Source: an uncultured Gammaproteobacteria bacterium (GTDB lineage: Bacteria; Patescibacteriota; Microgenomatia; Daviesbacterales; UBA10151). From it: DNA of 64,000 nucleotides. Below the pieces are notes generated by a model. That model ran no database searches. It saw only the letters and a program-made list of their open reading frames with translations, and was not told the DNA's origin. Position numbers and translations under genes: made by a program. The stretch's first letter is position 1, and each line of letters starts with the position of its first letter. The stretch spans positions 385-64,384 of the forward strand of contig CAZAZW010000002.1 in the NCBI GenBank assembly GCA_964489875.1, read 5' to 3'. Positions 45,243 through 54,400 of the stretch are shown one piece after another.

Positions 45243-48200
45243 ATGATTAAAAATATTTTGTTTAAAAAATTTATTTCCGTCTTTGGTATTTTTTCTATTT
45301 TATTAAATCTCATGCTACCGCTTTTTACCGGGCAGCTGGCTTATGCCCAGGAAGCAACCACTGAACCGGCCCAGACTCAGGAGGTTTCTGCCACTGTTCC
45401 GGAGCCAACTGTTTCACCTACTGTGGAGACTCCGGCACCGGAAGTTTCTCCGGACTTGGCGCCTTCTCCTGAACCAACCCCTTCAGTTGAGCCAACGCCT
45501 TCAGTTAACCCGGAACCAACACCAGATGCCAGTCCGTCGCCCACCCCTGTACCTGATTTAACACCATCCCCTGAAGTTACCCCCAGCGCCTCTGTTGCTC
45601 CTGCTGCAGTTGAAATTTGGCAAGATACCGGAGATGGAAAATGGGAAACTATTAATAATGTAGAGACCGGAAGAGAATATAACGCTCGTCAGAATGAGAA
45701 AGTCAAAGTGAAGTTTACCGGAATTTCCGGAGAGGCTGGCAAGCTATCTATTAAAGAAGTAAAGTTAACCGCCGAACAGGTCAGCCAAACCGGAGCTTTG
45801 TCGGACACTGCCTTTGAAATTACCTCCACAATGGCAGACGGCACTTTCTTTTATGACCTGACTTTGCCTCTGCCACCTGAAGCTTCAGGAAAAGATATAG
45901 AAGTTGAGGCAGCTGAGTCACTGGATCAACTAAATCAGTCCCAGACAGTTTCTGAACCAAAAGAAGAAACTGCAGATACAATCACTATTCTTGGCTTAAA
46001 TCACTTTACGGTTTTTATTATCACTACTCCAAGTCCTGATACTCCTCAACCAGTTCTCATAAATGAAATCTTACCCAATCCGTCGGCCGGGGCCGAATGG
46101 GTTGAGCTTTACAATAACAGCCCTGATAGTGTTGATTTGGCAGCCGGCACCGGCTGGACTCTTAGAAACTCACTCAACAATTTCCAGCCGATTAGCGCCT
46201 TAGGTGTTATTCCGGCCGGAGGCAGGGTGGTTTTTGAGGCACCCTTAAATTGGCTGTCTAATGTTGGACCTGAGACAATTATCTTGTCAAATGGATCCGG
46301 TGATGCCGTAGATACGGTCACGATTTCCCTGACCTCGCCAGGTTTTGCTATTAACCATTATCCGGCAGCTGGAGAGTCGGTAGGTCGCAGAGTCGATGCC
46401 TCAACCGAGTGGATCATTTTTACTGCACCTACCAAAGGCAGTCCCAATGTTCTAGGTGCTCCGGCTGCACGGGCGGTGGCCTCAACCATTGAAGCCCACG
46501 GTTTCCCGACTTGGTATGCGGATGATTCCGGCACGCGGGTGGCAGCTTGTCTTGACGGATCAGATCCCAGATGTGCCATGGCTGGAGAACCCGGTTTTAA
46601 CCCTGCCTTGCCAACTGATTTTCCCGGCAGTAATTTCCCCTCGGAATTTTTCTACTGGAGCGCGGAAGCATTACTGGGTGGTTCAAGACTGGTAATGGCT
46701 GCTGAAGGAGCTTTCTTAAACGATGTCGTGGCAGAAGGCGACCAGATGGTCTTTGGACGATTGAGGATTGATTTGGGGGACTTAAGTCCTAACTCCACTT
46801 ATACGGTGACCCATCCTTATGGAGTTGAAATTATACAAACAGATGAGAGCGGTGGAGGCAGAAACGATAACCCTGATATCGGTTGTGAGGTGGCGCCGTG
46901 TGACTACGCGGCTGCTTTAGCCAGCTCGGTATTTCAATCATTTCTACGCTGGGATACTGGAGCTCCGGCAGGGTACCTTGGTGACGGCGTGACCGGACAC
47001 GTAGTTACAGGTTCACCCACTGGCAATAACTTCTTTAGGATCGAAGGCCCGGGACTGCCTGATGGAGGTATTGAAACCAGTTCCTTTGTGGTTTTAGGAA
47101 AATTATTTACCGATCCGGTAACTCCTCCTCCGGGTTGTGTCAACGTTGCCCCTGATGCTCCGACTCTAGCCTTGCCGGCCAATGGGACTACCGGTGTGGC
47201 AGTCAGTCCTACTCTCTCCTGGAATGCCATAGCCAGTTTTGGCACCAATTGCTTAGGCAATACCAACCAGTTTGAAATTTTTCTTGATTCAGGCAATGTT
47301 GACCCGACTACCTCATTCGGGTCAGTCTCAGAAGCAACTCTTTCAAAGCTTGTCATCGGTCTTTCCGCAAACACTACTTTTTCCTGGAAAGTGCGGGCCA
47401 AAAACGGCGCTTTGTTTACCGATTCTGCTGTTCAGACATTTACCACCGCGGCCGCAGTAGGCGGCCGGGCGGTCTCGCCCAACTTTGAGCCGGATAACGG
47501 TTTTCCGGCCTGGTACCGGGATGATGCCGGTATCATGGTAGTGCCCTGTCTTGACGGGGCTGATCCGAACTGTGCTGCCACACTGCCGCCGTTTGGGGAA
47601 GAACCCGGGTGGGACCCGAACCAGCCTACCGTATTTCCGACTAATTTCCCCTCCGAGTTTTTCTACTGGACAGGGGAAGCGGCAATTGATCAGGGAGGGG
47701 TAAGTGCCTTGCTGGTTTTGGCAGCAGAGGCGGCATTCTTAAATGAGAACCCGGCGCCCGCTGATCAGGCGACCTTTGGCCGGATTAGGGTCCGGGCCTC
47801 GGGACTTCTGCCAAATGAAACTTATACCGTTACCCACCCATACGGCCAGGATTTCTATACTACTAATGAATTTGGTGCTTTGCGTCCCAGCCCAAATACC
47901 GAGGATATCGGATGTTTTGTTTCCTTGTGTGATTTCTCGCTGGCCTTAAACAGCCGGATTTTCGGAGGCTTCTTGCGACAGACAACAGCGCCGGAAGGCT
48001 ATTTAGGAGACGGTTTAACATTTGCCCCGGTGGTTGGTTCACCTTTGGGTCAAAACTTCTTCAGGATTGAAGGCCCGGGGCTGCCATCAGGTGGTTTGGA
48101 AACTAACCTGTTTGCCACCTCCGGCAAAGTCCTTTTGGCTGTGCCCCCACCTCCAGTAGGATGTGTAGATACAGCTCCTGATGCTCCGCAACTGGCCGGT

Positions 48201-51200
48201 CCTGCAAACGGCGCTACCGAAGTCTCAACCAATCCGCCCGTTTCCTGGAACGGCCTGGGAAGCTTCGGTACCAACTGCCTCGGCGGCCGGGACCAGTTCG
48301 AGATATTCGTGGATCAGGGTACAGTTGCCGATCCTATAACCTCCAGGGGCACGGTTCTCGGTACCCAAACCAGCTTCAATATTGTTAACCTTTTACCCTC
48401 AACTACCTATTCCTGGAAAGTCCGGGCTTCAAACTCGGCACTGACGACTGACTCTGAAGTGCGCACCTTTACCACCACTGCCACGCAAGGAAAGGCTGTC
48501 TCGACCCCTCCGGAGGCTAATGGTTTTCCGGCCTGGTACCAGGATGATAATGGGGTTAGAGTGGCGCCCTGCCTTGACGGAGCAGATCCGAATTGTGTTT
48601 TGCCCGGTCCTGGTGAAGAACCGGGGTTTGATCCGACTCAACCCACTGCTGCTGTTTTACCAGGCAATTTCCCGTCCGAATTCTTCTGGTGGGTCGTCCA
48701 GTCAGAATCAGTACTCACTCCCGGCGGAGGGGAAGCAGATATCCGCTATGCCGCGGAAGGCGCCTTTTTCCCGGAAGTGATAGCAGACGGTAATCAAATC
48801 GCCTTCGGCAGAATCAGGGTGCGGGCCACCGGGCTTTTGCCCAACTCAGAATATACTGTTACTCACGCATACGGCGTTGATGTTTATCAAACCGATGGAA
48901 ACGGCATTATTACTGCCGGAGCAGGTACTGAAGATATCGGTTGCGAGGCTACTCCTTGCGATTTCACCTTGGCTTTAAGCAGCCGGGTGTTTGGCGGATT
49001 TTTGCAGATGGCAGCCGGAGCGCCGGTAGGCTATTTGGGTGACGGAGCGACGTTTGGGGCAGTCACCGGATCTCCGCTGAACCAAAACTTCTTTAGAATA
49101 GAAGGGCCGGGACTGCCGGCTGAGGGACTTCAAACAAATCTCTTTACCGTTTCCGGTAAACTTTTGGCAGCAGTACCTCCGGGGCCTGATGTTACTGCGC
49201 CCAGCTTAACAAGCTTCACTTCGACTACTGCTGACGGAACTTTTGGCCCGGGAGCAGAGATCAATATCACCGCTAATTTCAGTGAACCCTTGGCAGCCGG
49301 CAGCAGCGTTTCAGTGACTTTGGACAACGGTGTGCCGATTGAACTGGTAGCCTTGAGCCTAACTTCTGTTTCCGGAACTTATGTGGTGGGGCCCCTGGGT
49401 AGCGGCCAGGATTCCCCGGATTTGACAGTTGCTGCCATTAATACAATGAATGTTACCGATGCGGCCGGCAACCTGCAAACTGCAACCGCACTTCCAGCCA
49501 GCAACATTGCCGATACCAGTGATATTGTCATTAATACAACTACGGTAATTCCTCCACCGGCTACCACCGGCACCATCACCGTTATTAAAGACACGGTTCC
49601 AGATGATGTCCAGGATTTTGGATTCAGGCTTCGAAACGGCGCCCTGGATGAAAACTTCTCCCTGGATGATGACGGCAATGTCCTGAATGAATTGTCCAAT
49701 ACCAGAGTCTTTGCCGATCTGGCTGCCGGTTCCTATGATCTGCAGGAAACTTCTTTGGGCAGCTTTGTTCTGGACAGTATACTGTGTCTGGATCCGGACG
49801 GTGGTACCGCGGTCGACCTAAATTCCCGGACAGCCACCATTGACCTGGACGCAGGTGAAAATGTCATCTGTACCTTTACCAATTCCCTGCGTAATTCTAT
49901 TTCCGGAATGAAGTTCAGGGACTTAAACGGCAATGGTGTTAAAGAGGCAGGTGAACCGGGACTGTCGGGCTGGACGATCTTCCTGGATGAAAACGATAAT
50001 ACGATACTGGATGGCGGCGAACCTTCAGAGGTGACTGATGCAAACGGCAACTATCAATTTATTGATGTGGCAGGCGGGACACAAAATGTCCGGGAGGTGT
50101 TGCAGGCAGGCTGGACTCAAACTGCCCCGGCTGGTGGAAAGTATACCTTGGTCGTTGCTAACAACAGCTTTATCAACCAGGATTTTGGCAATGTTATAAC
50201 AACTGAAGTTTTAGGCGGCAGCTGGGCCTTAGCAGGTAATGATGACAGTTCTACTTCACAGATAGTGGCTCTGGAAGATATCACTGTGGAAATTTCTACC
50301 AACGGCGGGACCACAACTATTATAATTCCGGCCGGCACTGTTATTACACCGTCAGGAGGAGGTAACTTTGACCCGGGCTTGTTATCGGCTGCTGATTTCG
50401 ATGACAGTCTTTTGTCAGGCTTTTCTTCAGGTGTTGTGGCTGATGGGGCTTTGCAGTTTGGGATTCCCACGCTGGGACTCACCTTTAGCCAGCCGATTAC
50501 CATTAATTTCTTTGTCGGTGCTGCCTTTAACGGCCAAACCTTAAATATCCAGCGGTCAGTTTCCGGAACTGCCGGCTGGACCAGCGAGGGAATTGTTGCT
50601 CCGGCAACCTGCACTGTGGCGGATGGTATTTGCTCTTTCCAGGCCACTTTGGCATCGTTTTATGCGGCAACTCATACTGAGTCTATCCCAACTCCTGCTC
50701 CGGCTCCAGCTTCTAGTGGTGATGGCGGCGGCGGAGGTGGAGGCGGTGGTGGCAGTGCCAGCGCACCATCTTGTAATGATGCGCCGGCCGGTGGAGCACC
50801 AGCCTTACTTTCGGCTACTGTCTCAGGCGCTAATGAAGTCACCCTGACTTGGTCCAAGGCAGCTGATCCGGTAACTCACTATGTAATATCTTACGGATTA
50901 ACACCAGGTAATCCTCTTTTTGGAAATCCGAATGTGGGTGGAAAAGACACCACTTCTTACACTGTGAAAGATTTATCCGGCGGAACAACCTATTATTTCC
51001 GGGTCAGGGCTGGTAACGGCTGCAACGGCGGAGATTATTCAAATGAGATAGCTGCCACACCGGGTGGTCCGGCCACTGCCGGAGGCCCTGCCGCCGGTTT
51101 TACTGCGGGAGTATTAGGAGCCCAAGTTGGGGGAGCTCTGGGAGATGAAAATACAGGTACAGGTATTGGAGGTCCTAGCATTGAAGAATCTCCTTCCCCA

Positions 51201-51380
51201 AGCCCTGAGGTTTTAGGTGATGGGAATGTGGGAATTGGACTAGGGCAGCAGCAGGCAGGGATAGGCGGTCAGTCATTCCTAGGGTTTCTGCAAGCTCAAG
51301 GATGGTTACTGGGAATCTTAGCTGGTCTTGCCTTGCTGTTTGTCTTAAACCTTTATTACCGATACCGCAGAGTTTCCTGA
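45243..51380 (+). CDS. giant secreted, C-terminally anchored surface protein (2045 aa)
   Basis: Domain order: signal peptide, PT-rich linker, LTD-like domain, three repeats of an unknown Cys-containing domain with FN3-like inserts, Ig-like domain, SpaA/SdrD-B-like domains, FN3 domain, TM tail. Signal peptide ends ...LAYA-QE. LTD-like LINEILPNPSAGAEWVELYNNS. The three repeats are ~215 aa each (GFP.WY.DD, FPSEFFYW, TYTVTHPYG, NFFRIEGPGLP). Prealbumin-like GTITVIKDTVPDD...ICTFTNS; SdrD-B-like FRDLNGNGVKEAGEPGLSGW. Terminal TM plus RYRR. Confidence 0.85.
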   Translation: MIKNILFKKFISVFGIFSILLNLMLPLFTGQLAYAQEATTEPAQTQEVSATVPEPTVSPTVETPAPEVSPDLAPSPEPTPSVEPTPSVNPEPTPDASPSPTPVPDLTPSPEVTPSASVAPAAVEIWQDTGDGKWETINNVETGREYNARQNEKVKVKFTGISGEAGKLSIKEVKLTAEQVSQTGALSDTAFEITSTMADGTFFYDLTLPLPPEASGKDIEVEAAESLDQLNQSQTVSEPKEETADTITILGLNHFTVFIITTPSPDTPQPVLINEILPNPSAGAEWVELYNNSPDSVDLAAGTGWTLRNSLNNFQPISALGVIPAGGRVVFEAPLNWLSNVGPETIILSNGSGDAVDTVTISLTSPGFAINHYPAAGESVGRRVDASTEWIIFTAPTKGSPNVLGAPAARAVASTIEAHGFPTWYADDSGTRVAACLDGSDPRCAMAGEPGFNPALPTDFPGSNFPSEFFYWSAEALLGGSRLVMAAEGAFLNDVVAEGDQMVFGRLRIDLGDLSPNSTYTVTHPYGVEIIQTDESGGGRNDNPDIGCEVAPCDYAAALASSVFQSFLRWDTGAPAGYLGDGVTGHVVTGSPTGNNFFRIEGPGLPDGGIETSSFVVLGKLFTDPVTPPPGCVNVAPDAPTLALPANGTTGVAVSPTLSWNAIASFGTNCLGNTNQFEIFLDSGNVDPTTSFGSVSEATLSKLVIGLSANTTFSWKVRAKNGALFTDSAVQTFTTAAAVGGRAVSPNFEPDNGFPAWYRDDAGIMVVPCLDGADPNCAATLPPFGEEPGWDPNQPTVFPTNFPSEFFYWTGEAAIDQGGVSALLVLAAEAAFLNENPAPADQATFGRIRVRASGLLPNETYTVTHPYGQDFYTTNEFGALRPSPNTEDIGCFVSLCDFSLALNSRIFGGFLRQTTAPEGYLGDGLTFAPVVGSPLGQNFFRIEGPGLPSGGLETNLFATSGKVLLAVPPPPVGCVDTAPDAPQLAGPANGATEVSTNPPVSWNGLGSFGTNCLGGRDQFEIFVDQGTVADPITSRGTVLGTQTSFNIVNLLPSTTYSWKVRASNSALTTDSEVRTFTTTATQGKAVSTPPEANGFPAWYQDDNGVRVAPCLDGADPNCVLPGPGEEPGFDPTQPTAAVLPGNFPSEFFWWVVQSESVLTPGGGEADIRYAAEGAFFPEVIADGNQIAFGRIRVRATGLLPNSEYTVTHAYGVDVYQTDGNGIITAGAGTEDIGCEATPCDFTLALSSRVFGGFLQMAAGAPVGYLGDGATFGAVTGSPLNQNFFRIEGPGLPAEGLQTNLFTVSGKLLAAVPPGPDVTAPSLTSFTSTTADGTFGPGAEINITANFSEPLAAGSSVSVTLDNGVPIELVALSLTSVSGTYVVGPLGSGQDSPDLTVAAINTMNVTDAAGNLQTATALPASNIADTSDIVINTTTVIPPPATTGTITVIKDTVPDDVQDFGFRLRNGALDENFSLDDDGNVLNELSNTRVFADLAAGSYDLQETSLGSFVLDSILCLDPDGGTAVDLNSRTATIDLDAGENVICTFTNSLRNSISGMKFRDLNGNGVKEAGEPGLSGWTIFLDENDNTILDGGEPSEVTDANGNYQFIDVAGGTQNVREVLQAGWTQTAPAGGKYTLVVANNSFINQDFGNVITTEVLGGSWALAGNDDSSTSQIVALEDITVEISTNGGTTTIIIPAGTVITPSGGGNFDPGLLSAADFDDSLLSGFSSGVVADGALQFGIPTLGLTFSQPITINFFVGAAFNGQTLNIQRSVSGTAGWTSEGIVAPATCTVADGICSFQATLASFYAATHTESIPTPAPAPASSGDGGGGGGGGGGSASAPSCNDAPAGGAPALLSATVSGANEVTLTWSKAADPVTHYVISYGLTPGNPLFGNPNVGGKDTTSYTVKDLSGGTTYYFRVRAGNGCNGGDYSNEIAATPGGPATAGGPAAGFTAGVLGAQVGGALGDENTGTGIGGPSIEESPSPSPEVLGDGNVGIGLGQQQAGIGGQSFLGFLQAQGWLLGILAGLALLFVLNLYYRYRRVS
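46473..49185 (+). repeat. three tandem intragenic repeats (~993, ~1026 and ~694 nt) inside the 2045-aa gene
   Basis: Units start near 46473, 47466 and 48492. The 19-nt stretch ggttttccggcctggtacc is identical at 47499-47517 and 48522-48540. The protein units align along their full length. Confidence 0.85.
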
Positions 51381-51437
51381 GTATTGTAATTTTTCATCAG
51401 ACATATATAATGTGCCGGAAAGTTTATCTAGAATAGG

Positions 51438-54400
51438 GTGTTAAAACTCATAAGTTCAAAAATTCTCCCGGCACTATTAATTTTTACAGCTTTTCTTTTT
51501 GCCGGCCTTTTCGTTTTCTTCAAAGACAGCCTTGTAGTCTTTGCCCAAACCAACCACCAGACTCACAATATTGAATCCACAGCCAGCGCGGATATTTTAA
51601 GCAGTGAGGAGGCAACGCCGGCGGCTCAAGCCGATAATTTGCAGAATCCCCCGCCTGAAGCCTCTGATTCTGCCAGTTTAGCCCCTGATCTTTTATCGGA
51701 AGAAGCATCGCCGTCCGCTTTTACCATATCCTACCATTTGAAAGATGATGTTGGATTTGAAAATCCGATCAAGAAAGAATTCATAGGAGCTGGTGATTAT
51801 TTGATGAAAGTAATTTCCCGTCTGCCGCTTCAAGACAGCCCGCACTTGATTATTGATTCTGACGGCACCTTAAATGATGTGGAACATGGTACAACCAGCC
51901 GGATTTCTGAAAATATCTATGTCTACGAGAGGACTATTGTCAGCGATCCGGAAGCAGACGGCTCAAATGTCGAGATTATCAGAGTCCACGAAGCAATTGA
52001 TCTTGAGGGCAATATTATCGATGAAAATAGCGTTGAGGGGGCAAAATTTATCGATACCGTCAGCCCTTTACTGGTTATTTCGGACAATCAGCTAGATTCA
52101 ACTGTAAAAGGCAGGGATAGAGTTTTAATAACCGCCTGGTTTGCAGAAATCGGGAAAATGGATGAGGAGAACAAACCAAAAATTACCATCGGAACCTTTG
52201 TCCAAAATGAGGAGATGATCAAAAGGGATAACCAGACTTGGGTTTTTGTCTGGGAGGTGCCGGCGACGGAAACAACAGTGGTGAAAGTTTCTATTTCCGC
52301 CCGTGATGAGGCGGGAAACTTAAGTACAGACTCAGAAGACGCGCACTCTTATTTAATTGATAATCTCTTCTTTCTAAATTTAGCCGTAATTCCGCCACCT
52401 GCCCAAACCTGCGCTTCCGCAGAGAGGATCATCCGCTACCATGTCTCGGCGATTGATGTAGTTGTTCCTGTCAACGGCTGGGGTGATACCAATCCCATGG
52501 GTGTACTATACGCCTTAAATAACGCCGAGGCCGTGCCTAATGTTTCACAAATTAAAGACCGCAACTTTAAACTTTATGATTCCACAGACCAAAGTATTCC
52601 GTTAAAGACACAACCACTGGTGCTTCGGGCCAATGAGGGTGACTGTGTGGAAGTTATCTTAAGAAACGAGCTGGATACGGCTTTTGGCGGTATTGATCCT
52701 TTAACCTTAGAACCTATTGGCCCGGAAGATAATAAAAGAAACGTGGGTATGCAAATTTCCGGTTTACCCTATGACCCTAAGGATTCTGCCGGCGCTTTTG
52801 TCGGCAGAAATCCGGATACTACCGTAGCCCCTGGTGGCGAAAAGGTTTACCGCTGGTTTGCCGGCAGGCAGGGCGGATACATGTTCCGCGACAACTCCAA
52901 TATACAGTGGCCGCAAGATACCATCACCAAGGGACTTTTCGGGATGCTGATTGTGGAACCCAAGGGTTCAACGTGGAGAGACTCAATTACCGGCCGGAAT
53001 TTTTTAAAGGCCGCCTCCCAAAATAGTTTTGAATACGCGGACCTTTCGCCGATCGACCAAGACGATCTAGGAAGGAATATCTATTTGGGCGTCGGCGCCT
53101 CAGTTTTTGCAGATATCCATCAGGAGCCGGGGGCGCCCCTGCCCAAAGGCGCTTTGCTTTTAGAATCAGTCAGTGGCAACGACTTTCGCGACTATGCCTT
53201 AATCATACACGATGAGTTTGAAGGCATAACCGGGCCGGTGGCCTGGGAGGAGGATGGAAAAATTGCTTTTTACGGTACGCCGTTTTATCCGGCTACGGGA
53301 ATAGAAGACGGCACATCTTTAATCAATTACCGCTCAGAACCTTTAAGGAACCGGTATGCCGCCTGGGAGCGTCACCGGGGATTAATACCGGTACCGGGAA
53401 TCGGATTGGTGGATGGATCTAAAGAGATGGTTAAAGAAACTTCGGAAGTAAGAGTCACGGTCACACCTCCCTTGGTTAGGATTGAGTTTTTGGGGGAAGA
53501 AGGCGAGGTGACCGGCGAGGTAACGGTGGATTCCCAAAAATTGAAGGTAGTGATTCCCAATGGCAAAGTGTTTGATCCGGATGATGAGTTTTGCGGCGGC
53601 GGAAAATTTGCTTCTGATAATAAAAGGGAAGATGATCCTGAGTATACATTCTACAAATGTATAGGTGAGGAGGCGCATCTGCAGTCCTGGCCTTTTGGGG
53701 ATCCGGCAGTGGCTATGCCCAGGGCTTATTGGGGCGATCCGATAGTTTTGTTTGTGGGCAATGCTGATTCTCACGATACCCACACCTTTCACCAGCATGC
53801 TCACCGCTGGTTCCTTGATCCGAATCAGGCCGATATTTCAAAGATGCCCGTACCAGAAAATGATATCCAAAAAAGTACCCGGCTGGATGTGCAGGGGGTG
53901 GGAGCAATGGAAGTTTTCAAGCTGGTCTATGAGCAGGGTGCCGGAAGTGTGACTGGTACAGCGGGCGATTCCATCTTTCACTGCCATCTTTACCCCCACT
54001 TTGCCGGCGGGTTATGGAGCGCAGTCCGGGTTTTTGATAAGCTGAAGGTTAATTTTAGCGAGACTGCAAATATTCAAGCGACGCTTAAGGACGGCACACT
54101 CCTTTCTTATCCGGACGGAACAGACCAGGCGGTTTTGCAGCCTTTGCCGGCCAGGATAGTTTTGTTTGATAGCAAAAATCCAGATGCAGAGGATCATCGG
54201 GAAAAACCGCCGGCCGGAATGGCTAACAGGGTGCCTATGCCTCCTGATGCGGATCATCCCGGATACCCGGGTTTTGTGGCCGGTAAATTCGGGCAGAAAG
54301 CCCTGCAGCCGCCGATGTTTGTAATTGATCCGGCCACCGGCCAGCCCGTTAAGGATCGGGCTGTGCCTACTAAACTTGAAACGCTGGCTTCTTACGATGG

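Noticed and set aside
50718-50757. Run of ~10 Gly codons (GDGGGGGGGGGS) as a possible slipped-strand phase-variation tract.
   Set aside because: The codons are a mixture of GGC, GGA and GGT with no homopolymer or perfect short tandem repeat. It looks like a flexible linker before the terminal FN3 domain.
45343-50857. Many 60-176-aa ORFs in other frames or on the opposite strand inside the 2045-aa gene (e.g. 46934-47401, 49379-49699, 50117-50647).
   Set aside because: They lie entirely within a long ORF whose product has coherent domain architecture and internal repeats. Elevated G+C lowers stop-codon frequency in off-frames. Their translations are low-complexity Pro/Ser/Ala/Gly strings.
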